Assembly: GCA_014905635.1 (NCBI GenBank)
Contig: JABVCE010000003.1
Coordinates: 806,001-870,000 of the forward strand
DNA: 64,000 bases
Direction: 5' to 3'
From: Scenedesmus sp. PABB004
Taxonomy: Eukaryota
The notes beneath the pieces were generated by a model. That model was given only the letters and a program-made list of their open reading frames with translations, was not told the origin of the DNA and made no database searches. Made by a program: the position numbers and the translations under genes. Each line of letters begins with the position of its first letter. The first letter of the stretch is position 1. This document shows positions 24,727 through 37,749 of the stretch, in pieces.

Positions 24727-26528
24727 ATGCAGCGCGCCACGCTGCGGCCGCTGGCCAGCAGCGAGCGGAAGGCGAGCATCTCGCGCGTGGGCCTGCGCGA
24801 GGAGCAGAGCACGTCGTCCCAGCGCGGGGCGCGCCGGGCGAACTCGGCTCAGAAACAGAAGCTCCACGGCTTCGCCTCGGTGCGCCGATCGTTCGATGAG
24901 CGGCCTGGCGGGTCCCGGACGGGGCGGTGGGGCGGCGGGGCGGCGGGGCGGGCGCGGGATCGGCCCCGCGCATCCCTCCCCCTCCCACACGCGGGCGTTG
25001 GCCGCCCCCCGCGCGCAGCACTGGCTGCCCCGCCTCCTGGACGTCCAGGACGCCGCCCTGAGCGCCAGCACGCGCGCCAACGGCTTCAGCGAGGTGCGAA
25101 AGCTGAGGGCCAGGCGGTGGTCGTTGCGGACTTTTGGCCCGGACGGCGCTCTCGCGTCCCGAGCCGGCCCCGCGCCAGCGCCGCCGCCGACCTCGCGCCC
25201 GCCCGCCCGCCCGCCCGCGCGCGCGCGCGCCGCCGCAGCGCCTGGCGGCGGAGGTCAGCAAGGCCCAGTCCGCGCTGTCCGATGTGATGGGCGGCGTGCT
25301 GGCGCCCTTCCAGGGCGAGGGCATCGCGGCGGTGCGTGCCCGCGCGCGCCGCCGGCGGACGGGGGCGAGCGGGAGCGGCGCGGCAGGCCGTGCGCCGCGC
25401 GAGACCCCGGCGGGCCGACGACCCGCGCGCCGCGTCCGCCGCCGCTCGCCGCCCGCCGCCGCTGCGGCGCAGAACTTTTTTGCGGCGTCGCGCGCGCCGG
25501 CGCTGCTGGAGGACCCCGAGCAGCTCGCGAAGCTCGCGGCGCGCTCGCCGTCGCCGCCGGGCGCGGGCGAGGGCCCGCCCGACGAAGAGCTCAACGGAAT
25601 CGTCGGCCAGATCCAGGCCACCAACCAGCGCGTGCGCGCGCTGGAGCAGCACTACAGCGCCGTCGACACGACGCTGCTGGTGCTGCAGGAGGGCGCCGAG
25701 GCGCGCGACCAGCAGACGGCGGCGTATGCCGACGCGCTGCTCGCGCTCGCGGAGGACCTGGAGGTGCAGGAGGCCGAGGAGCGCGCGGCGGCGGAGGCCA
25801 CGGCGCGCGCCGCGGCCGAGGCTGCGCGCGCCGCCGCCGAGGCGCGCGCCGCGGAGGAGGCGCGGCGGTGAGCGGCGCGCGCGCGGCCCCGGGGGCGGGG
25901 GACGCCGGCGGCGCGGGCCGCACCCCGCGCGGCGGCGGGCGCCGGCGCCGCTCACGCCGCGCCCCGGCCGCTCGTCCCGCCCGCGCGCCGCAGGGATGAG
26001 GCGATGCGCCGCGAGCTGGAGCACCTGGTCTCTGAGGCGTCGGCCGTGCAGGCGGCCGAGGGCGGCCCCGCCGCGGACGGCGCGGCCGCGGGCGCGCCGC
26101 GCGTCGTCAAGGTCGAGGTGGGCGTGCAGGCGCAGACCAAGTTTGGGCAGCGCGTGGTGCTCGTCGGCGACCACCCCGCGCTGGGCAACTGGAGCGTGGA
26201 CGGGGCGCTGCCGCTGACCTGGAGCGAGGGCCACGTGTGGAAGGCGAGCCTGGAGCTGCCGGCCGACAGCGCCAGCATCGAGTACAAGGTGCGGCCGGCG
26301 GTGCCGCGGTGCTGCTGCAGCGCTCGGCGCGGCCGGGCGCGCCCCCGCGCCCTGCGCGCGCGCGCGCACGCGAGCAGCCGCCGAGCCGCGCCCGCCCGCC
26401 CGCCGCCGCCGCCGCCGCAGGCCGTGCTGTGCGGCGACAACAGCGCGGTGTGGGAGCGCGGGAGCAACCACGTCGCGGAGCTGGGCGGCAGCGCTGACGT
26501 GGCGCTGTTCCATGTCTTCAAGGCGTGA
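24727..26528 (+). CDS. Coiled-coil protein with C-terminal CBM20 starch-binding domain, likely plastid-targeted
   Basis: S/R-rich transit-like N-terminus, coiled coil IQATNQRVRALEQHY..EARAAEEARR, and CBM20 QTKFGQRVVLVGDHPALGNWSVDGALPLTWSEGHVWKASLELP..IEYK|AVL..VWERGSNH. Stop TGA 26526-26528. Confidence 0.85.
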
Positions 26529-27431
26529 GCGATGCTGACGCGGCGCTGCTTCGGGCCTCAGGCCCAGGCACAGGGCGGGCGGGGCGTGCGCTGCAGGGCC
26601 CGAGCACGGGCCCACACCCAGCAAGAGGGGCGCCGGTGGGTGGGGGGGGGGGGGGAGTCTGGCTCGTCGTGTCGCGGCGGGAGGAAGGAGGGCTGTGTGT
26701 GCTCGCGGCGTCGCGGCCTGCGCTGCAGCAGGCCTCAGCGGGCGCCCGCGTGCGCGGTGCGTCGCCGCCGGGGCAGCGGCAGCAGCGCGCGCCGCCGCGC
26801 CCGCGCCAATGCTAGCGGCCGCCCTGTGGTGGGCTGCAGCATGCAGCGCGGGCCGGCGGCGATCGCGCGCGCGTGCGTGTGTTTGCGCTGAGCGAGTGCG
26901 CGTACGTGGCACGGCGGCCATCGTGCCCGCAGCGGCGCTCGATGCAGCCTCGGCGACCGTGGGCGGCGTGTGGGCGTGGGCATCGGTGGAAAAAGTGGCG
27001 CGTTGCGCGGTGGTGGTGTCGTGCTGTGTGTTCTGTGTGCGGTGTCACGTGCGGCGGTGTCGGGCCTGGCGTTTGTTTGTTTGTATACGTGCCCGCGTTG
27101 CGCCCCGCCCCCGGGGCGGCGCGGCGCGGCACCCTCCCGCCGTCGGCGCGGCCCCTGCGTGCTCCCTGTGTGCTCTCACCCCTCTGCGTGACCAGGCCTC
27201 TGTCGACTCGTCTTGTCTCGTTTGCGTCGGCCGGCGGTGCTGCGCGCGCGAACGCCGTAGGTGGGTGTGACGTTGGCAGGCACCGGGCAGGCGCCAGGTG
27301 GGGTGGGGACGGCGTGGTCGGGGGCCATTTGATGCATCCATCCACGTGACGGCGTCGGCGCGGAGTTGGAAGACACTCGCGGCCGCGGGGCGGGCGGGTG
27401 GGCGGGCGTGCGCGCGTCTGCCAGGGCGCCC

Positions 27432-27436
27432 TGTAA
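27432..27436 (+). promoter_or_regulatory. Candidate chlorophyte polyadenylation signal TGTAA downstream of the CBM20 gene
   Basis: TGTAA is the established green-algal poly(A) signal and is rare in this GC-rich sequence. It lies ~900 nt after the stop, so the assignment is tentative. Confidence 0.35.
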
Positions 27437-27585
27437 CAACAAAGCGACACCTTCGGCGCGGTCCAGCAGAGCAGGACGAGGTCGTGGACGAGGTCGGGAG
27501 GGCCGCCCACACTCGCGCACGCGCACGCAGCGGCGCCGCTGCGGCAGCGGGACCGCGCGCGCCCCGCGGCCGCGGGACCGCCCTG

Positions 27586-28560
27586 ATGGCGTGCGCACGC
27601 ACGCGCAGCGCGTGCAGGCTGCAGGCGTTCGCCTGGCTCGCGGTGCTGGCCCTCGTGGGGCGCCTCGAGCTCGCCGCCGCCGGCGCCGCTGGTCCGCGGC
27701 CGTCGCCGTCGCCGCCGGCGCGGCGGCCCCGGGACGCCGGCGGTGGCGTCGTGCGGCGCGTCTGCTACGCCCCGCCCCCGTGGCTCGTGCCGGCCGCCAA
27801 CCTCACCATCGCCCTGGCGCCGCTCAACACGACCGTCGAGAGCCGCCTCGCGCTCGCGCCCAACCCCGACTGGGCGCGCTGGAGCCGCTCGCCCGCCGCC
27901 GCCGCCGCGCGCGCCGCGGGCTGCGCGGTGCCCGACGAGGCGGCGGGGGCGCCGCCCCTGGTGCTGGACGGCCGCCACCTGGCGCTGCGCGACATCCGCC
28001 TGGACGGTGCGCGGGCATGCCGCGGGCGCAGGGCAGAAGCGCCTGCTCGGCGCGCGCCGCCTCGCTGACCGCCGCCGCCGCCCCCGCCTCGCGCCCGCCG
28101 CCCGCCCGCCAGGCGCGCCGCTGCCGCCGGCCGCGTACGAGCTCACGCCCCGCGCGCTCGCGCTGCGCGCGCCGCCGGCCGCGCCCTTCACGCTGCGCCT
28201 TCGCGTCGCGCTGTCGCCCGCGCTCAACCCGGGGTCTGAGGGCATGTTCCAGCCCGACGGCGGCGGCGGCGGCTACGCGACCCAGTGCGAGCCGCAGGCG
28301 CGTGAGAGCGCGCGCGGGGCGCGGCGCGGCGCGGCGCGGCGCGGCGCGGCGCGGCGCGGCGCGGCGCGCCCCGGGCGCCGCTGGCCGCGGCCCTGCGGCC
28401 AGCGTCCTCCTGTACCTCGCCCGCCCTCGTCGCACACCCACGCACCCTTGCCTCCCCGCGCGCCCGCCCGCAGGGCTTCCGGAGGATCACCTTCTGGCCC
28501 GACCGCCCCGACGTGCTGAGCGTGCTGCGCGTGCGCGTGGAGGCCGGCGACGACGCCGGC

Positions 28561-28602
<42 letters not shown>

Positions 28603-31600
28603 CCGCTGCTGTTCAGCAACGGCAACCCGCGCGCATCCGGCGCGGCGCCGGGCGGGCGGCGCTTCGTCGAGTGGGCAGACCCGCACCCCAAGCCGTCGTA
28701 CCTCTTCGCCGTGGTCGCCGGCGGCGACCTCGCGCTGCGCGAGGCGGCCCACATGAGCGCCGCGGGCGTGGCGACTGCGCTGCGCGCCGCCGCGCCGGCC
28801 GCGCTCGCGGGGCGCCTCGGCTACGCGCTTGCTGCCGCGCGCCAGGTCATGGCCTGGGACGAGGCGGCGTTCGGCCGGCAGTACGACCTGGAGGTGTGGC
28901 ACATGGTGACGGTGCCGGGCCTCAGCACGCCGGGTGCGCGCGCGCGCGCGCGGCCCAGCGCGACCGGCGCGCCCCCGCTGCGTGCAGCGCGCCGCGCGCC
29001 GCGCCGCGCCCCAGCGCCCCGGCGCCGCGCTGCCTGGCCAGGCATGGAGAACAAGGGCCTGGCCACGTTCCGGCCGGCGCTGCTCGCGGTCGCGCTCGAC
29101 AGCCACACCGACGACGCGGCGGCGAGTGTGCGGGGCCTCATTGCGCACGAGTACCTCCACAGTGAGCCCGCCGCCGCGCTGCGCGCCGCCGCCGCGCGCG
29201 GCGCCGCGGCCTGGGCCGCCGAGAGCGCGGCCGCGCCGCCGCGCCGCCGCCTGCGGGTGCAGATTGGTCAGGGAACCGGGTCACGGTGCGCGATTGGTTC
29301 GAGCTGACGCTCAAGGAGGGCCTGACCGCCCTGCGTGAGCAGCTGTTCTCCGCCGACGTGGACGCGGCGGGCCTCGCCGCCGCGGCAGCCGCGGCGGCCG
29401 CGCCGCCGCGCGCGCCCGGCGCCAACAGCACCGGCGGCGGCACCGACGCGGCGGCGCTGCAGGAGCTGCGCCGGCTGGCGGCGCCGGGCGCCGCCGCGAC
29501 GGCCGGCTCGCCCGGCGCGGGCTGGGGCCGCGTCTCGCAGGCGCAGCAGATCCGCGGCGCCGCAGCGTCCTGGGACGCGCAGGCGATGCGGCCAGACTCC
29601 TACGAGAGCGAGAGCCCCGACGAGCTCTACTCAGCGGCGGCCTACTCTAAGGCGCGCCGCCACCGGCGCGGGCGCCGCAAGCGCTGCGTGGAGCGGGCGC
29701 GCACGCCGCGCGCCGCACGGAGCGCCGCCCGCCCGCCGCGCCGCTTTGGCAGGGCGCCGAGGTGATCCGCATGTACCGCACGCTGCTGGGTCCGGCGGCG
29801 TTTGCGGTGGGCCTGCAGGCCTACTTCACACAGCACGACGGCCAGGCGCGTGCTGCGCGGCGGCCGCCAGCCGCGTGCAGGTCGCCGCCCCTGCCGCCCT
29901 GCCGCCGCGCCGCCGCGCCGCCGCGCCGCCGCGCCTGAGTCGCGCGCGGCGCCGCCAGGCGGTCGTGTTCGAGGACCTGCACGCTGCGCTCGCGGCCACC
30001 GCGCCCCGCGGCCTGGACCTGTCGGGCCTGCTGCCCTGGCTCAGCGCGACCTCCACGCCGCGGCTGCGCGCCTCGGCCTCGCTCGACCGCGCCGGCGGCG
30101 CGCTCATGCTGCGCGTCGCCTGCGACGCCTGCACCGACCGGGGCGGCGCGCACCGGCTCGTCCCGCTCACGGTCGGCGTCCTGGACGCCGCGGGGCGCGA
30201 CATCGCCCTGGCGCCCGCGCCGGGCGCGCCCGGCGCCGCCCCGGCGCTCCCCGCCTGCTGGCGGCCAACGGCACCGCGGAGGCCGCGCCCTCAGACGCCG
30301 CCCGCAACGCCTCGTCCGGCGGCAGCTCGCTCGTGCTGCTGGTGTCAGGGCCGTCCCAGACCTTCACGCTGCGCCTGGGCGGCGGCGCGCCAGCAGGGCC
30401 CGCCGCGGTCAGCTGGCTGCGCGCCTTCTCCGCGCCCGTGCTGCTGGCGCTGGACGCCGACGGCGGCCTCGCGCCGCCCGCCGACGGCGGGCCCGGCGGC
30501 GACGCCTTCCTCGCGCTGCACGACGGCGACGCCTTTGCGCGGTGCGTGCGGGCGCGGCGCGCGGCACCGGCGGCGGCGGCGGCGGGCGGGGGCTCGCGGC
30601 GAGCACGCGGCGCGCCTGCCGCGCCGTCGCCGCGCGCAGCTGGGACGCGTTCTCGCGCCTCGCAAACGGCACGCTGCTGCGGCTCTACGCAGCGGCCGCG
30701 GCGGCCGGCCCCGACGCGCCCGAGCCGTCGGTCGCCGCGGCGCTCGCGGCCGCGGTGGACGCGCGCGGCGGCGAGGGGGACGGCAGCGGCGGCGGCGGCG
30801 GCGTGGGCGCCGGCCGGCGCACGCCCGCGCGCGCGGGCGGAGGAGGCGAGCAGCCCGGCGCCGGCCTCGCCGCGCTGCGGCGCGCGCTGGCGGCCGTGCT
30901 GGACGATCCGGCCCTGCCGGGCCAGTTCCAGGCGCGCCGTGCGCCGCCGCCTGCGCAGCCGGCACTGCCAGTGGCCCGCGCCGTGCTCACGCGCCCCCGC
31001 GACCCTGCCCCTCGGCAGGCGCTGTTCCTGGAGCTGCCTGGCGCCGACCTGCTGATGCCCCACATCCCCGCCGCGGACCCGCTGCTGCTGTACCAGGCGC
31101 GCGCGCCGCCGCAACGCGCGCCCATCGCCAGGCGCGCGCGACCACGGGTGTGCAGCCGGCGGACCCGCCCGCCGCCGCCGCCCCGCGCAGGTGCGCGCCT
31201 GGGCGACGCGGCGGCTCGCGGCGGAGCTCCAGGCGCCGCTGCAGGCGGCCGTGGCGCACGCGGACGCGACGCTGGCGCGCCTGCGCGCACTGCCGCGCGG
31301 CGCGCTGGGCGCGCCGGAGGACGCGGGCGGCGCCGCTGCCACCGCGCCGGACGGCTTCACCCCAGCCGCCATGCACGCGCGAGCTGTCAAGAACGGCGCG
31401 CTCGGCATGCTCGCCACGCTCGGCACGCCGGCGCTGCGGCGCGACCTCGAGCGCCGGTGGGTGGGTGCAGCCTGCCTGGCCGGCGCGCACCACGGCCCTG
31501 CGAGGCTGCCCCCCACACCTGCGGCCGCAACGCCGCGGCCGCCGCCGCCCAGCTGCTCACCCCCACTGCTCCCCGTCGCTCCCCTCTCCCTGCGCCCAGG

Positions 31601-32134
31601 TACCGTGCCGCGGCTGGCCTCACCGACGCGCTCGCGGCGCTGACGGCCCTCGCGCCCTGGCCCGCGGCGCAGGCGGCCGCGCTGCAGGACTTCCAGGCGC
31701 GCCCCGCGCCGCCCGGCGTCGCCGCCGAGCGGCTGCGCGTGCAGGCGGCCGCGCCCGGCGCGGCGGCCGCGCTGCGCGCGCTGCTGGCCGGCCCGGCCTC
31801 GGCCTTTGACGCGTCTGACGACGAGCAGTGCGACGCGCTGCTGCTGGGCTTTGCGGACGACGCCTCGCCCGCCTTCCACGCGCGCGACGGCAGCGGCTAC
31901 GCGCTCGCCGCCGACGCGGTGCTCGCGGTCGACACGGACAACCCCGACTGCGCACAGGCGCTCGTCGGCGCGCTGTCGCCCGCCGGCGACGGCCTCGCGC
32001 CGGCGGTCGGGGCGCGCATGTGCGCCGCGCTGGCGCGGCTCGCGGCCGCGCGCGCGCGGCTCAGCCGCGGGACCGCCGAGGCGGTCGCCGGCGCGGCCGC
32101 CGACTGCGCGGCCGGCAGCGGCGGCTCGGCGTGA
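27586..32134 (+). CDS. M1 family zinc aminopeptidase N (PepN-type) with N-terminal signal peptide; apparent 1-nt indel near 30250
   Basis: [83 protein letters not shown] (HEXXH-18-E), [37 protein letters not shown]. Stop TGA 32132-32134. Confidence 0.9.
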
Positions 32135-32218
32135 GCCGGCGGCCGGGCGCGGGGCTGCTGTTGCTAGGGAGTTGCCCAGAATCGGCCCACAGGCAGGCCG
32201 CGTGCTGGGGGGGGGGCA

Positions 32219-32243
32219 CAAGGTAACACGCTGTGTTACCTTG
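32219..32243. terminator. Perfect 11-bp inverted repeat between the convergent aminopeptidase and cpSRP54 genes
   Basis: CAAGGTAACAC-gct-GTGTTACCTTG places GGTAA, a TGTAA-like element, on both strands. The terminator role is inferred. Confidence 0.4.
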
Positions 32244-32273
32244 GAGCAACGCCGCGCGCCGCACGCCGCGCCG

Positions 32274-33788
32274 CTACCGCCGCGCGCTGCTGAATCCCTT
32301 GCTCTTGTCCAGCGGCGGCGCGCGCTTCGCGCCCGCGTCGGCGCGCTTCCGCCGCACCTTGCCCGCCGCGACGGGGCGCTGCGCGCTCTTGATCAGGTCC
32401 TGCATCAGCTTCTCGTTGTCAGCGCCGCCTGGCGGCGCGGCGCGCCGCGGCGCGGCCGCGGGGCGCTCTCAGCAAGCGACGCGCGCCGCCGCGCCCTCGC
32501 CGCCGCGCCGCCGCCCCCGCCGCCCCGCCCCCACACACCCACACCCACCCACACACCCACACACAGCCACACCCACCTTGTCCGAGCTTCATGAGCTTGC
32601 TCATGTTGCTGGCCTGGGCCTTCATCTGCGTGAACGCGCCCATCATCTCCGCCACCTCCTGCTCGCTGCGCCCCGACCCCACCGACACGCGCCGCCGCCG
32701 GCTCGGGCTGTTGATGAGCAGCGCGGGGTTGGAGCGCTCCTGCGAGGGCGCGCGCGGTGGCGGCCGCGGCGGCGGCGGCGGCGGGACGCGTCGGCCGCCG
32801 GCCCCTCACCAGCAACCCCCTTCCCTCCCTCCCTCTCCCGCCTCCCCTCTCCCTCGCCCGCCTCTCCCTGCCTCCCTCCCACCGCGCTCCCTCCCTCCCC
32901 TGTCCCCCCGCGCGCCCTCCGCCTCCGCCGCCGCCTCTGCCGCTGCCCAGACAAGGCAGGGGCCCTGATGCCCCCCCCCCTCCCGCCCTGCCCGCCCACC
33001 TCTGGCGTCATGCTGCTGATCATGCCCTCATACTTCTTGAGCTTCTTCTCAACCTCGTACAGCTGCTTCTCACTCACGCCGCTAAACCCCGGCATCAGCT
33101 TCAGCATCTGCGCGCGCCGCGCGGGGCAGCCGCGCGAGGCGGACACGTCGGCGCGCGCCGGCGCGCCGCCGCGCAGCGCGCGCCGCCTCCGCGCGCTCGG
33201 CGCGCGTGCGGCGGCGTGCGACGCGCAGCGCGCGGCCGCGCGGCGCGCGCAGAGCGCGCAGTTCAAACAAGCGAGCGCGCCTGGAGGCCGCCCATGTTGT
33301 TCATGCGCTTGAACTGGTCGAGGAAGTCGTTAAAGTCAAACGCGTCCGCCTCGAGGCGGCGCTGGAACGCGAGCACCTCGTCCTCCTGTGTACAGCACGG
33401 CGGTGCAGCGGCGGGGCGGGCGGGGGGGGGGGGGGGTGAGGGGCGTGAGGGGCCGACCCAGGTGGCCACGCGAGCCTCGCCCTCGCACATTCACACGCTC
33501 CTCAAACTCATACACTCACACACTTACTCGCACTCACCCACACACACCCACACACCCACACCCCCACACCCACCCACACACACCCACCCACCCACCCACC
33601 CACCCACCCACCCACCCACCCACCCACCCACCCACCCACCCACCCACCCACCCACCCACCCACCCACCCACCCACCCACCCACCCACCCACCCACCCACC
33701 CACCCACCCACCCACCCACCCACCCACCCACCCACCCACCCACCCACCCACCCACCCACCCACCCACCCACCCACCCACCCACCCACC

Positions 33789-33837
<49 letters not shown>

Positions 33838-35797
33838 CTTAATCGCCTCCTGCGCCTTCTCATAGAGCGTGAGCATGTCGCCCATGCCCAGGATGCGCTG
33901 CGCCATGCGCTCCGGGTAGAACGGCTCCAGCGCGTCGAGCTTCTCGCCCGTGCCCACAAACTTGATGGGCTTGCCAGACACCTGGGCAGACGTGCGGCGG
34001 CGCGGCGCGGCGGTGCGCGTGGTCGCGGGCGCGGGCGCGCGGCAGCGCGTTAGCTTGGGCGGGGGAGGCAGAGGCGCGGCGCGGCGCGGCGCGGGCCGCG
34101 CACCTCGCGCACGGAGAGCGCGGCGCCGCCGCGGCTGTCGCCGTCCATCTTGGTCAGGATGGCGCCTGCGCCGCGCGCGCGGGGGTGAGCGCGGGGTGGG
34201 CGCCGGCGGCGCCGCCGCGCGCCGCCGCCCGCGCTGGCCGCGCTGCCCCCGGTGCGGCGCGGGGGGTGTCTGTGGTGCTGGCTGCGCCGTGCCTGTGATG
34301 TCGACCTGGTCGTTGAAGGTCTTGACCAGCGTCGCGGCCTCCTGGCCCGTCATCGCGTCGACGACGAGCAGCGTGTCGCTCGGCCGCACCGCGGCCTTGA
34401 TGTCGGCGAGCTCCGCCATGAGCTGCGTGTCAATCTGTGTGTGCGCGCGTGTTGGTTGCGTGCGTGTGTGTGTGTGGGGGGGGGGGGGGGCGCGGCGGTG
34501 GGGGCAGGCGCGGCGGTGGGCGACGGCCGCGGGCCCCGCCGCCGCGCGCGCCGCCCCCGCCGCGCGCGCCGCCGCCGCGCCTGCAGGCGGCCGGCGGTGT
34601 CGACGATGACCGCGTCGACGCCGAGCTCCTTGCCGCGCGCGACGCCCTGGCGCGCGATCTCGACGGGGCTCACGCCCGTGCCGAGCTCAAACACGGGGAC
34701 GTCAATCTTGAACCCCAGCTTGACGAGCTGGTCGATCGCGGCCGGACGGTACACGTCCGTGGCAACGAGCAGCACGCGCTTGCGGCGCTTGGTCAGGTAC
34801 GACGCGAGCTTGCCCGCCGCGGTCGTCTTGCCGACGCCTTGCAGCCCCGCCATGAGGATGACCTGCGGCGACCCCGCGTTGAGGTCGGCCGCGCCCGCCG
34901 ACCCCATGAGGCTCACGAGCTCGTCGTTGACCAGCTTGACAAACGCCACCTGCGGCGTCACGCCGTCCAGCACCTGCGGCGCGGCGCGGCGACGTGGATG
35001 GCGCGGGTGCGCGCGGGTGTGCGCAGGTGGGCGCGCGGCTGCTGGCGCGCGGCGGCCGCGGGGGCGCGCGGCGTGGCGCGCACCTCGAGCCCCAGCGCGC
35101 GCTCCTCGACGCGCTTGATGAACCGCCGCACGACCGGCAGGCTCACGTCCGCCTCCAGCAGCGCGCGGCGCACGTCGCGCAGCGGGGCCTTCATGTTCTC
35201 TGCGCGCCGCGGCGGCGGCGGCGGCGGCGGCGGGCGAGCGAGCGCAGCTCAGCGGCGGGCGGCGGGCGCCGGCGCGCGCGCGGCAATTGGCGCCTGGCGG
35301 CGGGCGGCGCGCGTGCACGCCGCGCACCCGCCGTGAGCTTGGCGTCGGCGTTAAGCGACTTGAACGCGCTCGAGAGCGACGCGGAGAGCGTGTCAAACAT
35401 CGCGCCCGCGACGAGCCGCTCGCCGCGCGCCTGCGGCCGTGGCGCGGCGTGCGCGCGGTGAGCCGGGCGGCGCGCCGCCGCCAGCCCCGCTCGCGCGGCG
35501 CTGGCGCGGCGCTGGCGCGGCGCAGCGCTGCGCCGCGCGCCGCCGCCGGCGCCGCCGCCGGCGCCGCACCTGCTGCGCTGCGCCGCCGGGCCGTGCCAGG
35601 CCCGGCACGCGCGGCGCGGCCAGCGGGCGGGGCAGCGCCGGCGCCCGGGCGATGGAGCCGGCCGCCAGGCAGGTCACGCGCACGCCAGCGCGGCGGGCCA
35701 GCGCGCGCGCGGCGCAGGGGAGGCCAATCTTTGCGCCGCTGCTGCTGCCGCCGCCGCCCAGCGCGGCGGCGCGGCCGCGGGCGAGCGCGCCCTGCAT
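32274..35797 (-). CDS. cpSRP54: Chloroplast signal recognition particle 54 kDa subunit (Ffh homolog), multi-exon
   Basis: Transit peptide, then [37 protein letters not shown]-loop, [50 protein letters not shown] domain FDFNDFL and C-terminal VRRKR..KGF. Stop TAG at 32274-32276. Confidence 0.97.
33536..33832 (+). repeat. (CACC)n microsatellite followed by (CA)n inside a cpSRP54 intron
   Basis: Directly visible long cacc tetranucleotide array ending in a (ca)n run. Confidence 0.95.
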
Positions 35798-36151
35798 GGC
35801 TGACAGTTTCGGACCAGATGCGGATCGCGGAGGGTCAGGACGCGGCCGTGGCGCGCGGGCTCGCTCGCCAGGATGTGCGGCCCCTGCACGGCTGGGCGCC
35901 CGCACTGACTCTCAATTTGGGACGCTCGTGGCGGCGAGGGTGGCAGCCGTCATTCGCGACAGCGCGGGCGGCCCCAGCGGGCAGCCCTGTGCCCTGGGGG
36001 CCAGCCGAACCGCGGCGCCCCGCTGCGCCGCCGCCGCTCGCCGCTGTGCGCCCAATTGAGCAAGCGCCCTGCCACTCCCGTAGCGCAGCGGACCTCTCCT
36101 CGCCCGCGCAGCCCGCCACGCGCAGCTCCAGGCCCCACAGCACCACAAACA

Positions 36152-37749
36152 ATGCTGGGCGCCACGCGCGGCGCTGCCGTGCGGCCGGCCGGCGCCGCCC
36201 GCGCCCAGCCTGGACGACGGGCGCTGGCCGTGCGCTGCGACGCTGCAGCCAAGAAGAAGGCGCGCGGCGGCGGCAACGGCGGCGGCACGGCGCCCGCGCG
36301 CCCGCGCGCGTCGGAGGCGGCAGCGCCCGGCGCCGATCGCCGCTGATCGCCGGGCGCGCCGCTGCTCCTGGCGCGCCGCTCCCGCGCCGCCCGCGTCCTG
36401 CTCCTCACCGCCGCCCGCCGCTCGCCGCCGGCCGCGCAGGTGGTCGTGACCGGCGCGGGCGGGCGCACGGGCGGGCTCGTGGTGCAGAAGCTGCTGGAGG
36501 CGCGGGAGCGGTTTGACGTCGTCGCGACCGTGCGCAGCAGGGCGTCGTCGGGCGCCAAGCTCACGGCGGCGGGGCTCCCCGAGTCGGCGCTGGTCGAGTT
36601 TGACGTCGCCGCCGCCGCGGCGGGCGCGGGCGCAGCGGCCGACAACCCCGCGGCGTCGGCGTTCGCCGCCGCGCTCGCCGGCGCCGACGCGCTCGTCATC
36701 TGCACGAGCGGCGTCCCGCAGGCGCGCGATGCTACGCAGCTTGCGCGCGCGCGGCCGCCGGCGGCGGCGGCGGCGCGGGAAGCAGCTGCCCGCCTCGCAC
36801 ACACGCGTCTGTGACGCACGCCTCCTGCTGCTCGGACCTGCCACCGCCTGAGCTCCTTCCCTGTCTCCCTGCCCCGTCTCCCTGTGTGCCCCGTGCGTCG
36901 CCCTGTGTGCCGCGGTCAGATCAAGTACCTGAGCCTCATCCCTGTCATGCTGGCCAAGCTCACGGGCAAGGAGGGCGTGCGCCCCCAGTTCACCTGGAAG
37001 GCGGGCCAGCGGCCCGAGCAGGCGCGCGGCGGGGGCAGGCAGCGCGCTCCACGCCGGCCGCCGGCCCCAACTGGGAGGCCGGGCAGGCGCCATCGGCTGG
37101 CCGCCAACACTGGGCCGCGCCGCGCCGCCGCCGCCGTGCGCAGGTCGACTGGCTGGGGCAGAAGGTGCAGATCGACGCGGCCAAGGCGGCGGGCGTGAAG
37201 CAGGTGATTGTCATTAGCTCCATGGGCGGCACCGACCCCAACCACCAGCTCAACTCCCTCGGGGAGGGCAACATCCTGCAGTGGAAGCGTCGCGCGGAGC
37301 AGTACCTGGTCGCCAGCGGGCTGGACTACACGATCATCCACCCAGGGGGTGAGCGCCGCCTGCCCGCCCGCCTGCCGCGCGCTGGCCGCGCTTGCCGCGC
37401 TGTGCACGCTGCGTGCGCCGCCCGCGGTCGGCGCGCCACGCCTGCCCGCGCCGCCCGCGCGCCCACGCGACGACGCGCAGGCCTGATCGACGAGGCCGGC
37501 GGCGCGAAGCAGGTCGTGCTGGGCGTGGACGACAAGCTGCTCGAGAACAACCCCCGCAACATCCCGCGCGCGGACGTCGCCGCGCTCGCGGTCGGCTGCA
37601 TCGGGCAGCCCGCCGCGGCCAAGCGCAGCTTTGACTGCATCGCCGTGCCCGTCGCCGCGGGCGGCGCGCCGCCGAGCAACGACCCCGTCGCGCTGCTGGG
37701 GGGGCTGGCGGGCGACTGCGACTACAGCATCAACAGCCAGCTCGCCTAG
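36152..37749 (+). CDS. Atypical SDR / NAD(P)-binding Rossmann-fold protein (At5g02240/At2g37660-like), probable plastid transit peptide
   Basis: VVVTGAGGRTGGLV, ALVICTSGVPQ, PEQ|VDWLGQKVQIDAAKAAGVKQ, SSMGGTDPNHQLN, ILQWKRRAEQYLVASGLDYTIIHPG|GLID, IPRADVA. Stop TAG 37747-37749. Confidence 0.9.

Noticed and set aside
33388..34053. ORFs encoding (THPP)n or (GGWV)n
   Set aside because: Translations of the intronic (CACC)n microsatellite in cpSRP54.
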